Origin: Candidatus Woykebacteria bacterium RBG_13_40_15
GTDB lineage: Bacteria; Patescibacteriota; Microgenomatia; Woykebacterales; RBG-16-39-9b
NCBI GenBank assembly: GCA_001816655.1
Contig: MHCP01000015.1
Location: 96,049 to 160,048 of the forward strand
Reading direction: 5' to 3'
DNA length: 64,000 nucleotides
Below are positions 1 through 7,692 of the stretch, one piece after another (the stretch's first letter is position 1; every line of letters begins with the position of its first letter). The position numbers and the translations under genes are program-made. The notes below the pieces were generated by a model. That model worked only from the letters and a program-made list of their open reading frames with translations. It searched no databases and was not told the DNA's origin.

Positions 1-607
1 GACAGTCCGTAATGAAATGGTTTCTTTGATCGAAAAAGGCTATTTAAAACAGCCACACACTAGTGCTGGTCGAATTCCATCTCCTCAAGGCATTAAGTTT
101 TACATAAACGAGTTGATGAAAGAACAAGCGGTTCCGGTTAAAGATGAAGTTTCTATTAAAGAAAATCTTTGGGATTATCGCTTTCACTTACACCGACTTT
201 TGAAGCAGGCAACTAGGGAACTCTCAGAACAATCAGGAACATTAGCCCTAGCCGTTACGGAAGAGGGGGACGTCTTCCATTCAGGTTCTCACATGATCCT
301 CGATATGCCTGAATTTTTTGATATTGATTTGACTAAAACAGTTCTCATGTTATTGGATCACCAAGATCTTTTGAACCAAATTCTAGAAAAAGCAGTTGGG
401 AATGAGCCAACCCATATTTTAGTCGGCAGTGAGCTTGGAAATGATTATTTAGAATCTTGCGGTTTGATCTTTGCCCCGTTTGGCTCTGGAAAGAAAAACG
501 TTGGCATTATCGGAGTAATTGGGCCAACACGCATGGCTTACCCCAGGGTAATTCCCACTGTGAGGTATTTTGGTGATCTTCTCACCGAACTTGTAGGTGG
601 CTGGTAA
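1..607 (+). CDS. hrcA: Heat-inducible transcription repressor HrcA (5'-partial, continues upstream of the window)
   Basis: ORF 17..607. N-terminal GYL..PHTSAGRIPS..G winged-helix motif and C-terminal domain typical of HrcA. Directly precedes grpE-dnaK. Confidence 0.85.
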   Translation, partial: TVRNEMVSLIEKGYLKQPHTSAGRIPSPQGIKFYINELMKEQAVPVKDEVSIKENLWDYRFHLHRLLKQATRELSEQSGTLALAVTEEGDVFHSGSHMILDMPEFFDIDLTKTVLMLLDHQDLLNQILEKAVGNEPTHILVGSELGNDYLESCGLIFAPFGSGKKNVGIIGVIGPTRMAYPRVIPTVRYFGDLLTELVGGW

Positions 608-609
608 CT

Positions 610-1056
610 ATGGCTAAAAAAGCGGATAAGAGTACAGAAAGAATACGGGAATTGGAAAATCAGTTGAAGCGAGCTCTTGCCGATTACGACAATTTACAAA
701 AAAGAATAGAAGCCGACAAAGATCAGATTATAAAATTTTCTAAAATAATAATTTTAAGCAAGTTCTTGGATGTTTTAGACACGTTTGAAAATATTGAAGA
801 GGAATGCAAAGAAGCAAACCCGGGACTGCGAAGTGGAATAGAGCTAACATTGGATCAATTTAAGAAAGTTTTGGCGAGCGCAGGAGTTGAAGAAATTAAA
901 ACCGACGCTGATTTCGATCCGAGATTTCACGAGGCAGTCGACGTAGTAGCCGGAGAAGCCAATAACAAAATCGTTGAAGTCGTCGAAAAAGGCTATAAAA
1001 TAGAAGACAAAATTATCCGCCCAGCAAAGGTGAGAGTAAGCAAAAAGGATTTATAA
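610..1056 (+). CDS. grpE: Nucleotide exchange factor GrpE
   Basis: 148 aa with a coiled-coil N-terminus and a GrpE-like C-terminus. Sits at the grpE position of the hrcA-grpE-dnaK order. Confidence 0.85.
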   Translation: MAKKADKSTERIRELENQLKRALADYDNLQKRIEADKDQIIKFSKIIILSKFLDVLDTFENIEEECKEANPGLRSGIELTLDQFKKVLASAGVEEIKTDADFDPRFHEAVDVVAGEANNKIVEVVEKGYKIEDKIIRPAKVRVSKKDL

Positions 1057-1299
1057 ATGATACGAGTTTTTTCTTTAGTTTGGACCTTAATAATATCACT
1101 TGCCGTTGTCGGGTTAAGCTTCTTTTATATCAGGGGAGATGCTAGAGGTTTTCCTTTTTCTTTTGCGCGGGAAATTGTAACTGAAGGAAATACAGGATTC
1201 CATCTAAACGGCTATCTTTTGGCTTTTGATATAATTTTTTGGTGGCTGCTATTTAGTATACTTTGGATAGTTTTAAAAAACTACGTATTTGAAAATTGA
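1057..1299 (+). CDS. Small hydrophobic hypothetical protein
   Basis: 80-aa ORF with two predicted TM segments, packed between grpE and dnaK. No recognisable family. Confidence 0.3.
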   Translation: MIRVFSLVWTLIISLAVVGLSFFYIRGDARGFPFSFAREIVTEGNTGFHLNGYLLAFDIIFWWLLFSILWIVLKNYVFEN

Positions 1300-1313
1300 G
1301 GAGGATAAATTAA

Positions 1314-3266
1314 ATGGGTAAAACAATTGGTATAGATCTTGGAACTACAAATTCGGCTGTTGCTGTGGTTGAAGGCGGTCAGCCAAAAGTAATTCACAGC
1401 GCTGAAGGAGAAAACATTATCCCAAGCGTTGTGGACCCGGTAAAGCACATTGCTGGGAGAGTAGCAAAACGCCAGCAAATTGTAAATCCAAAAGACACAA
1501 TTTTTTCGATCAAAAGGCTGATGGGCCGCCGTTTCAAGGACGAGTCAGTCCAGTATGATATTAGATGGCTTCCATACACGATAAAAGAAGGTAAAGACAG
1601 CGTGGCCGTAGTTGAAGTGCAGGGTAAAGAATATATCCCGCAAGAAATTTCGGCAATGGTCTTGCAAAAAATAAAAGCCGATGCCGAAAGTTACCTCGGT
1701 GAAAAAGTAACTGAAGCAGTAATTACCGTTCCAGCATATTTTGATGATTCACAGCGCCAAGCAACAAAACAAGCCGGTGAAATTGCTGGCCTAGAAGTTA
1801 AAAGAATTATTAACGAGCCGACGGCTGCCGCCCTTGCTTACGGACTAGATAAAGAAAAAGCCCACACTATCGCGGTCTATGATCTTGGTGGCGGGACTTT
1901 TGACATTACGATTTTGGAAATCGGTGAGGGAGTTTTTGAAGTTAAATCAACTGCCGGGGACACACATCTTGGCGGAGACGACTTTGACCAGAAAGTTCTA
2001 AGCTACTTAATTGACGAATTCAAAAAAGAACAGGGAATTGATCTATCCGGTGACAAACAGGCTCTGCAGAGACTGCGCGATGCCGCCGAAAAAGCAAAGG
2101 TCGAGCTTTCCTCTACTGCCGAAGCAGAAATAAATATCCCGTTTATTACCGCCGATTCTTCCGGGCCAAAACACCTGGTTACGAAGTTAACACGCGCGAA
2201 ACTGGAAAGCTTAACAGGTGATCTTGTCGAAAAGAGTTTTGATGCGGTAAAACAGGCGCTTAAAGACGCGAAACTCGAACCTTCAAAAATAGACGAAATC
2301 GTTTTAGTCGGTGGGCAAACCAGAATGCCCGCAGTTGCCGAAAAAGTAAAAAGTTTCTTTGGCAAAGAAGCGCACAAAGGAATAAATCCGGACGAAGTGG
2401 TGGCAGTTGGTGCGGCGATCCAGGGAGCAGTGCTCGCGGGAGAAATGAAGGAGATGGTTTTGCTGGATGTGACTCCCCTTTCCTTAGGAGTTGAAACACT
2501 TGGTGGGGTGATGACCACGTTGATAGCAAGAAACACAACTGTTCCGACAGCAAAAACAGACGTCTTTTCTACTGCGGCGGATAATCAAACCAGTGTTGAA
2601 ATTCACGTGTTGCAAGGTGAGCGGCCAATGGCAGCGGATAATAAGTCACTCGGGCGGTTTATCCTTGAAGGAATTCCGCCCGCGCCAAGAGGTATACCAC
2701 AAGTTGAAGTGACATACGATATTGATGCAAATGGGATTTTGAATGTTACGGCAAAAGACAAAGCAACCGGCAAAGAGCAATCAATAAAAATTACTGGTAG
2801 CACTGGTCTTTCCAAAGACGAAATAGACAAAATGCAAAAAGAAGCAGAAAGCAACGCGGCTGAAGATGCAAAGAGAAAAGAGCTGATAGAAGCGCGAAAT
2901 ATCGCCGACTCTCTCGTGTACACAGCTGAAAAATCAATCAAAGATGCAGGAGATAAATTGCCCGCTGATGTGAAAACAGAAGTTGAGGAAAAAGTAAAAG
3001 CTGCGAAAGAAGCAATTGCCGGCGATGATTTGGAAAAAATCAAAAAAGCAACTGACGAGCTAGGAGCTTCCCTACAAAAAATTGGCTCTTCAATGTACCA
3101 GACCCCTCCGGGCTCCGACAAAACCGAGTCTTCTCCTCAAGACGAAATAAAAGCCGAAGGTGCAACCACTGAGGACACGGAAAAAGAAACCGGAAGCACT
3201 GAGGAGAAAAAAGACGGACCAGTCGAAGGCGAAGTCGTGGACGAAGATAAAGATAAGAAAGAATAA
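1314..3266 (+). CDS. dnaK: Chaperone DnaK (Hsp70)
   Basis: 650 aa with [17 protein letters not shown] and the full Hsp70 ATPase and substrate-binding domains. RBS GGAGG upstream. Confidence 0.97.
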   Translation: MGKTIGIDLGTTNSAVAVVEGGQPKVIHSAEGENIIPSVVDPVKHIAGRVAKRQQIVNPKDTIFSIKRLMGRRFKDESVQYDIRWLPYTIKEGKDSVAVVEVQGKEYIPQEISAMVLQKIKADAESYLGEKVTEAVITVPAYFDDSQRQATKQAGEIAGLEVKRIINEPTAAALAYGLDKEKAHTIAVYDLGGGTFDITILEIGEGVFEVKSTAGDTHLGGDDFDQKVLSYLIDEFKKEQGIDLSGDKQALQRLRDAAEKAKVELSSTAEAEINIPFITADSSGPKHLVTKLTRAKLESLTGDLVEKSFDAVKQALKDAKLEPSKIDEIVLVGGQTRMPAVAEKVKSFFGKEAHKGINPDEVVAVGAAIQGAVLAGEMKEMVLLDVTPLSLGVETLGGVMTTLIARNTTVPTAKTDVFSTAADNQTSVEIHVLQGERPMAADNKSLGRFILEGIPPAPRGIPQVEVTYDIDANGILNVTAKDKATGKEQSIKITGSTGLSKDEIDKMQKEAESNAAEDAKRKELIEARNIADSLVYTAEKSIKDAGDKLPADVKTEVEEKVKAAKEAIAGDDLEKIKKATDELGASLQKIGSSMYQTPPGSDKTESSPQDEIKAEGATTEDTEKETGSTEEKKDGPVEGEVVDEDKDKKE

Positions 3267-3270
3267 AGAT

Positions 3271-3969
3271 ATGAAAAGTTGGTGGGAATTGGGCGAAGGC
3301 GCTGGTTTCAGTGGCAACAAACTATCAACCTATCAAATTGATTGCCCTTTTTGTGAGGAAAGAGACAATTTTGAAGAAGCGGCTCATTTCGAAAAGAAGA
3401 AACCAAACTCATCCAAAGTACTAAATTTTGACACCTTAAAGTGTGGTAACTGCGCAGGCTATGTTATGGTTCTTTGGTCGTCTAGTGACTATGACTTTCA
3501 TTCCGGAATCCACGATTTTCGAGTGTTACCCTGGTCACTTACAATAAATAAAGCCCCTACTCATTGGCCTCAAGCAATACAAAGATATTGGGTGCAAGCA
3601 AATAAATCTTTACAAGTCGAAAACTGGGATGCCGCGGCTGAAATGGCTAGAAGTACATTACAAATTGCTTTAAGAGACCACGGGGCTGTTGGTAAGGATT
3701 TATTTGAGGAAATAAATAATCTTGCAGAGAAAGGAGTGTTGCCACCTCTTATGAAAGAATGGTCTCATGAAGTGAGAGAGCTTGGCAACGACTCAGCCCA
3801 TCCCAGACCAGAGCAAAAAGAAACAAGCCTAGGAGATGCCCGAGATATTGTAGAATTTTTGGACTTTCTTCTCGAATATCTTTACGACTTGCCAAAACGA
3901 ATAGAAGATTATAGAGGAAGAAGGAAAGCCGAAAAAGCAACCACTCAGATCAAAAAGAAAACAAACTAG
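3271..3969 (+). CDS. Zn-ribbon (CPFC..CGNC) plus DUF4145-like C-terminal domain protein
   Basis: Real start is ATG 3271, not the ORF-track start 3160 that overlaps dnaK. Two CxxC pairs N-terminally. C-terminal RELGNDSAH motif resembles the DUF4145 signature. Begins 5 nt after the dnaK stop. Confidence 0.6.
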   Translation: MKSWWELGEGAGFSGNKLSTYQIDCPFCEERDNFEEAAHFEKKKPNSSKVLNFDTLKCGNCAGYVMVLWSSSDYDFHSGIHDFRVLPWSLTINKAPTHWPQAIQRYWVQANKSLQVENWDAAAEMARSTLQIALRDHGAVGKDLFEEINNLAEKGVLPPLMKEWSHEVRELGNDSAHPRPEQKETSLGDARDIVEFLDFLLEYLYDLPKRIEDYRGRRKAEKATTQIKKKTN

Positions 3970-3987
3970 TTGTAACAGTATTCCAAA

Positions 3988-4030
3988 CTCCCAAAAACTT
4001 GAAATTTCTATAAGTCAGATATATAATCGC
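3988..4030 (+). promoter_or_regulatory. Promoter repeat copy A (TTGAAA-17-TATAAT)
   Basis: -35 TTGAAA 3999..4004, 17-nt spacer, -10 TATAAT 4022..4027. First of five copies of CCAAAAACTTGAAATTTCTATAAGTCA...TATAAT. Confidence 0.6.
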
Positions 4031-4128
4031 GAAGATTACATCTAGCCCGTTTCTATGCGGGATTTAATCCCGTCAGTGAATAATGTCGGTACCACTGCAT
4101 TAGTACAGTCCGAAAGGAGAGTCGTCTG

Positions 4129-4539
4129 ATGGCTGACAGGAAAAGATCGACTTCTTGGAGAGCCGATCCAGAGTTCCGGAGAATGGTGGAGGAAAAGAAG
4201 CAAGAGCTGGATTACCTCTTCGGTCTTATCGGTCCGTTCGAGGATTGGGAGGACTGGGATGAGTCTATCCCAGACGAGGACGTGGTCCGCTTAGAGCTGC
4301 ACGTAGGAGACGGCATTGAAAGAGGTCATCTGGAGCTAACCATGGGCGAGCTTCGAAGGGTCAAAGAGCTCGCCGAACTGCTCAAAGTGCTGAAAGAGCA
4401 GAAGATCATGATCGAAGAGCCAGACACGATCGCTAGACTCACCAGCGAGCTAGGATCCGAAAGTGCAAAGAGGGCTCTCGAGGTAGTACTCGGAAGCTTG
4501 ATAATCGAAGGCTGTCCTTGCGACGAACTGTCGGACTAA
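4129..4539 (+). CDS. Hypothetical acidic protein (GC-rich cassette gene 1)
   Basis: 136 aa, GC-rich codon usage unlike the flanks. GGAGAG RBS. No recognisable domain. Ends in CPCDELSD. Confidence 0.5.
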   Translation: MADRKRSTSWRADPEFRRMVEEKKQELDYLFGLIGPFEDWEDWDESIPDEDVVRLELHVGDGIERGHLELTMGELRRVKELAELLKVLKEQKIMIEEPDTIARLTSELGSESAKRALEVVLGSLIIEGCPCDELSD

Positions 4540-4562
4540 TCACGGAAGCGAGGAGGCTTAAA

Positions 4563-4913
4563 ATGCTGACAATAAAAATGACCGGCGACAACGGCCATCT
4601 GCTAACCATAAGCAGAGAAGAAGGCAGAATCCTTATGGAAATGCGATCGCCTGGGGATATGATCCGGGGCTATGAGTTCCGAAAGCATCCCATTAGCCTG
4701 GCTCGGGCGCTCCACTACGTCCTGGCAGTCCCCGAATGTGATGACCTCGCCTTCGTCGAGGAGGATTTCAGAGGCAGGGTTTCCGTCAAGGAGGAGGAGT
4801 ACACCTTGACCTTTGACACCTTGGGCGAGTCAAAAGGCGTTACAGTCAAGGCCCGGCGGGATGACTTTTCCGACGTGGTCGGCCTTTTGGAAAATCTCCC
4901 CAGAGGCTCATGA
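4563..4913 (+). CDS. Hypothetical protein (GC-rich cassette gene 2)
   Basis: GGAGG RBS then ATG 4563 (the ORF track starts earlier at 4518, overlapping gene 1). 116 aa with no recognisable domain. Confidence 0.45.
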   Translation: MLTIKMTGDNGHLLTISREEGRILMEMRSPGDMIRGYEFRKHPISLARALHYVLAVPECDDLAFVEEDFRGRVSVKEEEYTLTFDTLGESKGVTVKARRDDFSDVVGLLENLPRGS

Positions 4914-4989
4914 TCGATCGTCGCCACCAGCGCCTGCCGACAGAGCTCGACTTTAACCGGTCGGGCTCTTCCATCTCTAATAATTTTCC

Positions 4990-5065
4990 AAAAAAAACTT
5001 GAAATTTCTAAAGCGGCTTCTTGTGTGTTGACAGTCGATACACTAAAGGGGTACACTAGCGGTGT
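4990..5065 (+). promoter_or_regulatory. Promoter repeat copy B (truncated) fused to a TTGACA-18-TACACT promoter with TACACT/GTGTA operator-like repeats
   Basis: TTGAAATTTCTA 4999..5010, then TTGACA 5028..5033 and TACACT 5052..5057. TACACT occurs at 5039 and 5052, with inverted GTGTA at 5062. The ATG at 5066 leaves almost no leader. Confidence 0.5.
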
Positions 5066-5329
5066 ATGGTAAAAAGGGTAAATATTTCTTTTCCAGAAAA
5101 AACCTTAAATGATCTGAAAGAGCTTGTACCACCTCGAGAAAGAAGCAAACTGGTGAGTGAGGCCGTCGAAGAAAAGTTAAATGATTTTAAAAGGGCTGTA
5201 GCGTTTGAGAAGCTCGAGAAAGCCCGTGAGAAATTCTCTTCCTTTGAGACTATTAAAAGCAAGGAAGACACTGTTGCTTGGGTAAAAAATATGAGAAAAG
5301 GTTGGAATCGCAGAGAAACCTCGAAGTAA
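5066..5329 (+). CDS. vapB: Ribbon-helix-helix (CopG/VapB-like) antitoxin
   Basis: 87 aa with an N-terminal RHH pattern (RVNISFPEKTLNDLKEL..RERSKLVSEAVEEKL). Immediately upstream of a PIN gene. Confidence 0.7.
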   Translation: MVKRVNISFPEKTLNDLKELVPPRERSKLVSEAVEEKLNDFKRAVAFEKLEKAREKFSSFETIKSKEDTVAWVKNMRKGWNRRETSK

Positions 5330-5334
5330 TCAGA

Positions 5335-5709
5335 ATGAAATTATTGGTTGATACAAACGTTTTTATTGCTTACGGTAAAAAAAGAGATGGCGGTTTGGTT
5401 GATAGAATAAAATCTGAGAACCACGATCTTTACACCTCGGTGGTGTCGCTAGCAGAACTTCGGAGCGGAATCCACAAACGAGACCTAAATTTTTATCAAG
5501 CGATTAAAGAAACCTTTAGGCCGCTGCCTGTCGATTTGGAGATTGCGGATTTGGCTGGCGAATTTAGATACGAATTTTTGAGAAAGGGTTTGGATATAGA
5601 TTTGGCCGACCATATCATAGCTGCGACTGCTTTATTAAATAATTTGGCGCTGGTTACTTTCAACAAAAAAGATTTTCCCCACAAAAATCTCGAGCTGTAT
5701 CCAATTTGA
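5335..5709 (+). CDS. vapC: PIN-domain toxin (VapC-like)
   Basis: Start at ATG 5335 (MKLLVDTNVFI). Conserved D in the LVDTN motif. About 125 aa, 5 nt after the RHH stop. Confidence 0.75.
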   Translation: MKLLVDTNVFIAYGKKRDGGLVDRIKSENHDLYTSVVSLAELRSGIHKRDLNFYQAIKETFRPLPVDLEIADLAGEFRYEFLRKGLDIDLADHIIAATALLNNLALVTFNKKDFPHKNLELYPI

Positions 5710-5722
5710 TAAAATTAGCAAA

Positions 5723-5842
5723 ATGGAAATAAAGGAAACACAGGCGAAAAGTATTTTAACCCCTTCCAAATTCACAACTGCTTATGCAGGAAAGAGAACA
5801 CTTCAATCTATTGATAAATTAAAGTGTTTCCCAAAAACTTGA
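5723..5842 (+). pseudogene. Diverged duplicate of the 5' end of the radical-SAM SplB-like gene (remnant)
   Basis: Encodes MEIKETQAKSILTPSK..., versus MEIKEIAAKSVLTPSK at 7693. About 80% nt identity over the first ~48 nt, then divergence. The stop falls inside promoter repeat C. Confidence 0.55.
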
Positions 5843-5870
5843 AATTTCTATAAGTCAAAGATATAATTCC
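5829..5870 (+). promoter_or_regulatory. Promoter repeat copy C (TTGAAA-17-TATAAT)
   Basis: -35 at 5839..5844 and -10 at 5862..5867. Near-identical to copies A and E. Confidence 0.6.
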
Positions 5871-5964
5871 ACCAACAACAGAAAAGACTCAACCAAGCCA
5901 GCCACTTACCTAAGAAGGGATTTCAAGTGTAGTTTCGGAGGAATACGAAAGGAGCACGGCGGAA

Positions 5965-6702
5965 ATGAGTGAGGGACGAGTTGCTTTGGTCACTGGTTCA
6001 TCTCGTGGAATCGGCCAGGCCATCGCAGTCAAGCTGGCTTCTCAAGGAGCAAGAGTGGCCATCAACTGTTTCCGAGACTTAGATGGTGCAGCTGAAACGC
6101 TGCGCTTAATCGAATCATCTGGAGGCCAGGCCGTCATAATCAGAGCGGATCTCGGTAGTGCCGAAGGAGTTGCCGACCTGCTTGGAAGAACTCAGCAGGC
6201 TCTGGGAGATATCGATATCCTCGTCCACAATGCCGGGTATTTCTATGCCACTCTCCTGCCTCGCTTCAAGAGGGAAGAGTGGGATAAACTGATACAGATT
6301 AACCTGACAGCGGCTTTCGAGCTCGCTAGCGGTGTATATCTGCAAATGGCGAGGAGGAGATGGGGCCGCATTGTCTTCATTTCTTCAGTCATTGCCCTGG
6401 CTGGCAACACCGGTCAGAGTGGTTACGGAGCTGCAAAGGCAGGGCTGATTGGGCTTGCCAAGTCAGTTGCTGTTGAATATGGTGCTAGGGAAATCACCTG
6501 TAACGTCGTTGCGCCAGGATACATCAGAACCAGGATGACCGAGGATGTTCACGAAGAGACCATCGGCGAAGCTTTAGAACGGCAAGCAATCAAACGGCCT
6601 GGAACACCAGAAGACGTAGCTGCCTTGGTCGGTTTTCTAGCTAGCGACGAGGCTAGTTGGATTACTAGGCAGGTATTCCAGGTCGACGGGGGCCTCCTAT
6701 GA
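5965..6702 (+). CDS. Short-chain dehydrogenase/reductase, 3-oxoacyl-ACP reductase (FabG)-like
   Basis: TGSSRGIGQAIA glycine-rich motif and a conserved YGAAK catalytic motif. GC-rich, with a GGAGG RBS. Confidence 0.8.
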   Translation: MSEGRVALVTGSSRGIGQAIAVKLASQGARVAINCFRDLDGAAETLRLIESSGGQAVIIRADLGSAEGVADLLGRTQQALGDIDILVHNAGYFYATLLPRFKREEWDKLIQINLTAAFELASGVYLQMARRRWGRIVFISSVIALAGNTGQSGYGAAKAGLIGLAKSVAVEYGAREITCNVVAPGYIRTRMTEDVHEETIGEALERQAIKRPGTPEDVAALVGFLASDEASWITRQVFQVDGGLL

Positions 6703-6737
6703 TGCGGGGTTCCCCAAACAGGCCGTAACTTGAGCGA

Positions 6738-7175
6738 GTGCTTGGCGCACTTTTGGAAGGAGGAACGGATTTGGCTGGAATAAACGTCGCCCAATTAACG
6801 AAGGGCTACAAATTTCCCCCGATTACCTTTGCCGTCTCAGCCGAGCAGGCAGAGGCATACCGGAAGGTGACCGAGGGTGTCGAGGGATCAAGCTATATCC
6901 CTCCGCTCGGGGCGATCGCATTCGCCCTTCAGTCCCTGCTCGAGCAGGTGGAGTTGCCGGAAGGCTCGGTTCATGGCGGAGAGGGTTACGAGTGCCATAG
7001 CCCAATTGCGGTTGGTAGCGAGCTAATTGCGAATGGCTCTGTCGTTGACCGAGCTGACCGCGGAAGCTTCGCCCTCCTCGAAGTGGAGATCCAACTGACA
7101 GTGGCAGGTTCTTTGGAACCGGCCTTGGTAAGTGGAGCAACACTCGTGACGCCGCTGCTCAAAGGAGGCTACTGA
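6738..7175 (+). CDS. Hotdog-fold protein, MaoC N-terminal-like (HadA-like non-catalytic partner)
   Basis: 145 aa, GC-rich, directly followed and overlapped by a MaoC dehydratase gene. This is the HadA-HadB-like pair arrangement (inference). Confidence 0.45.
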   Translation: MLGALLEGGTDLAGINVAQLTKGYKFPPITFAVSAEQAEAYRKVTEGVEGSSYIPPLGAIAFALQSLLEQVELPEGSVHGGEGYECHSPIAVGSELIANGSVVDRADRGSFALLEVEIQLTVAGSLEPALVSGATLVTPLLKGGY

Positions 7176-7576
7176 TGACTGTTCTAACTGCTCCGGCTGA
7201 GCTTCGTGCCACCCGCCAGTTCGATCAGGAAACCATCAACCGCTACGCCGATCTGGTCGGGGATCACAACCCCATTCATGTCGACGAGGAGTTTGCGAGG
7301 AGCACTCCTTTCGGCGGGACAATTGCCCATGGCATGCTCGTCTTGTCGCTAGCCTCTAACATGCTGGAGAAGCAATTCGGCGACCGGTGGCGAGCGTCGG
7401 GCAAGTTGAAGGTTCGGTTCAAGGCGCCGACCAAAAGCGGAGCTACCGTTACTGCTCAAGCCAGTTTGAAGGAGGGGGAGCAGCCGGCCGACAACAAGAT
7501 CGCGACCTACCGAGTCGAATGCCGGAACGAGCAGAGAGAGGTAGTCATAGTGGGCACTGCGCAGGTTACTCTGTAA
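7175..7576 (+). CDS. MaoC-like (R)-specific dehydratase, hotdog fold (HadB/PhaJ-like)
   Basis: DLVGDHNPIHVD..GGTIAHGM matches the MaoC dehydratase active-site motif. ATGA start overlaps the upstream stop. Confidence 0.75.
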   Translation: MTVLTAPAELRATRQFDQETINRYADLVGDHNPIHVDEEFARSTPFGGTIAHGMLVLSLASNMLEKQFGDRWRASGKLKVRFKAPTKSGATVTAQASLKEGEQPADNKIATYRVECRNEQREVVIVGTAQVTL

Positions 7577-7595
7577 CCCAGTGCCCAAGTTCGGT

Positions 7596-7642
7596 CCCCG
7601 GGGCCTTGCTGTTCCAGCAAAGGTCCCGGGATAGCCTCTTTT
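7596..7642 (+). terminator. Possible intrinsic terminator after the FabG/hotdog cassette
   Basis: Imperfect GC-rich hairpin (CCTTGCTG-ttc-CAGCAAAGG, flanked by CCCCGGGG and TCCCGGGA), then CTCTTTTA. Confidence 0.3.
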
Positions 7643-7692
7643 ATCAGACATTAAGTTCCCAATAAATTCCTATCTTCTGCTAAAATGACTCT

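Noticed and set aside
1-1320. Searched for a CIRCE operator (TTAGCACTC-N9-GAGTGCTAA) near hrcA/dnaK/dnaJ
   Set aside because: None is present in the visible upstream regions. It presumably lies upstream of hrcA, outside the window.
3160-3270. ORF-track start of the 269-aa ORF at 3160, overlapping the last 107 nt of dnaK
   Set aside because: The overlap is in a different frame and the stretch is a K/R-rich low-complexity translation of the dnaK 3' end. A good ATG lies at 3271 right after the dnaK stop.
2003-3320. Several minus-strand ORFs inside dnaK (2003..2536, 2260..2553, 2603..3121, 3090..3320)
   Set aside because: They are antisense to a highly conserved Hsp70 gene, Ser/Pro/Ala-rich, and have no start-site context. 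They are typical shadow ORFs.
6115-7651. Minus-strand ORFs overlapping the FabG/hotdog genes (6115..6345, 6549..6794, 6823..7143, 7349..7651) and plus-strand ORF 7387..7665
   Set aside because: They are shadow ORFs in GC-rich coding sequence. Arg/Pro/Gly-rich translations with no motifs.
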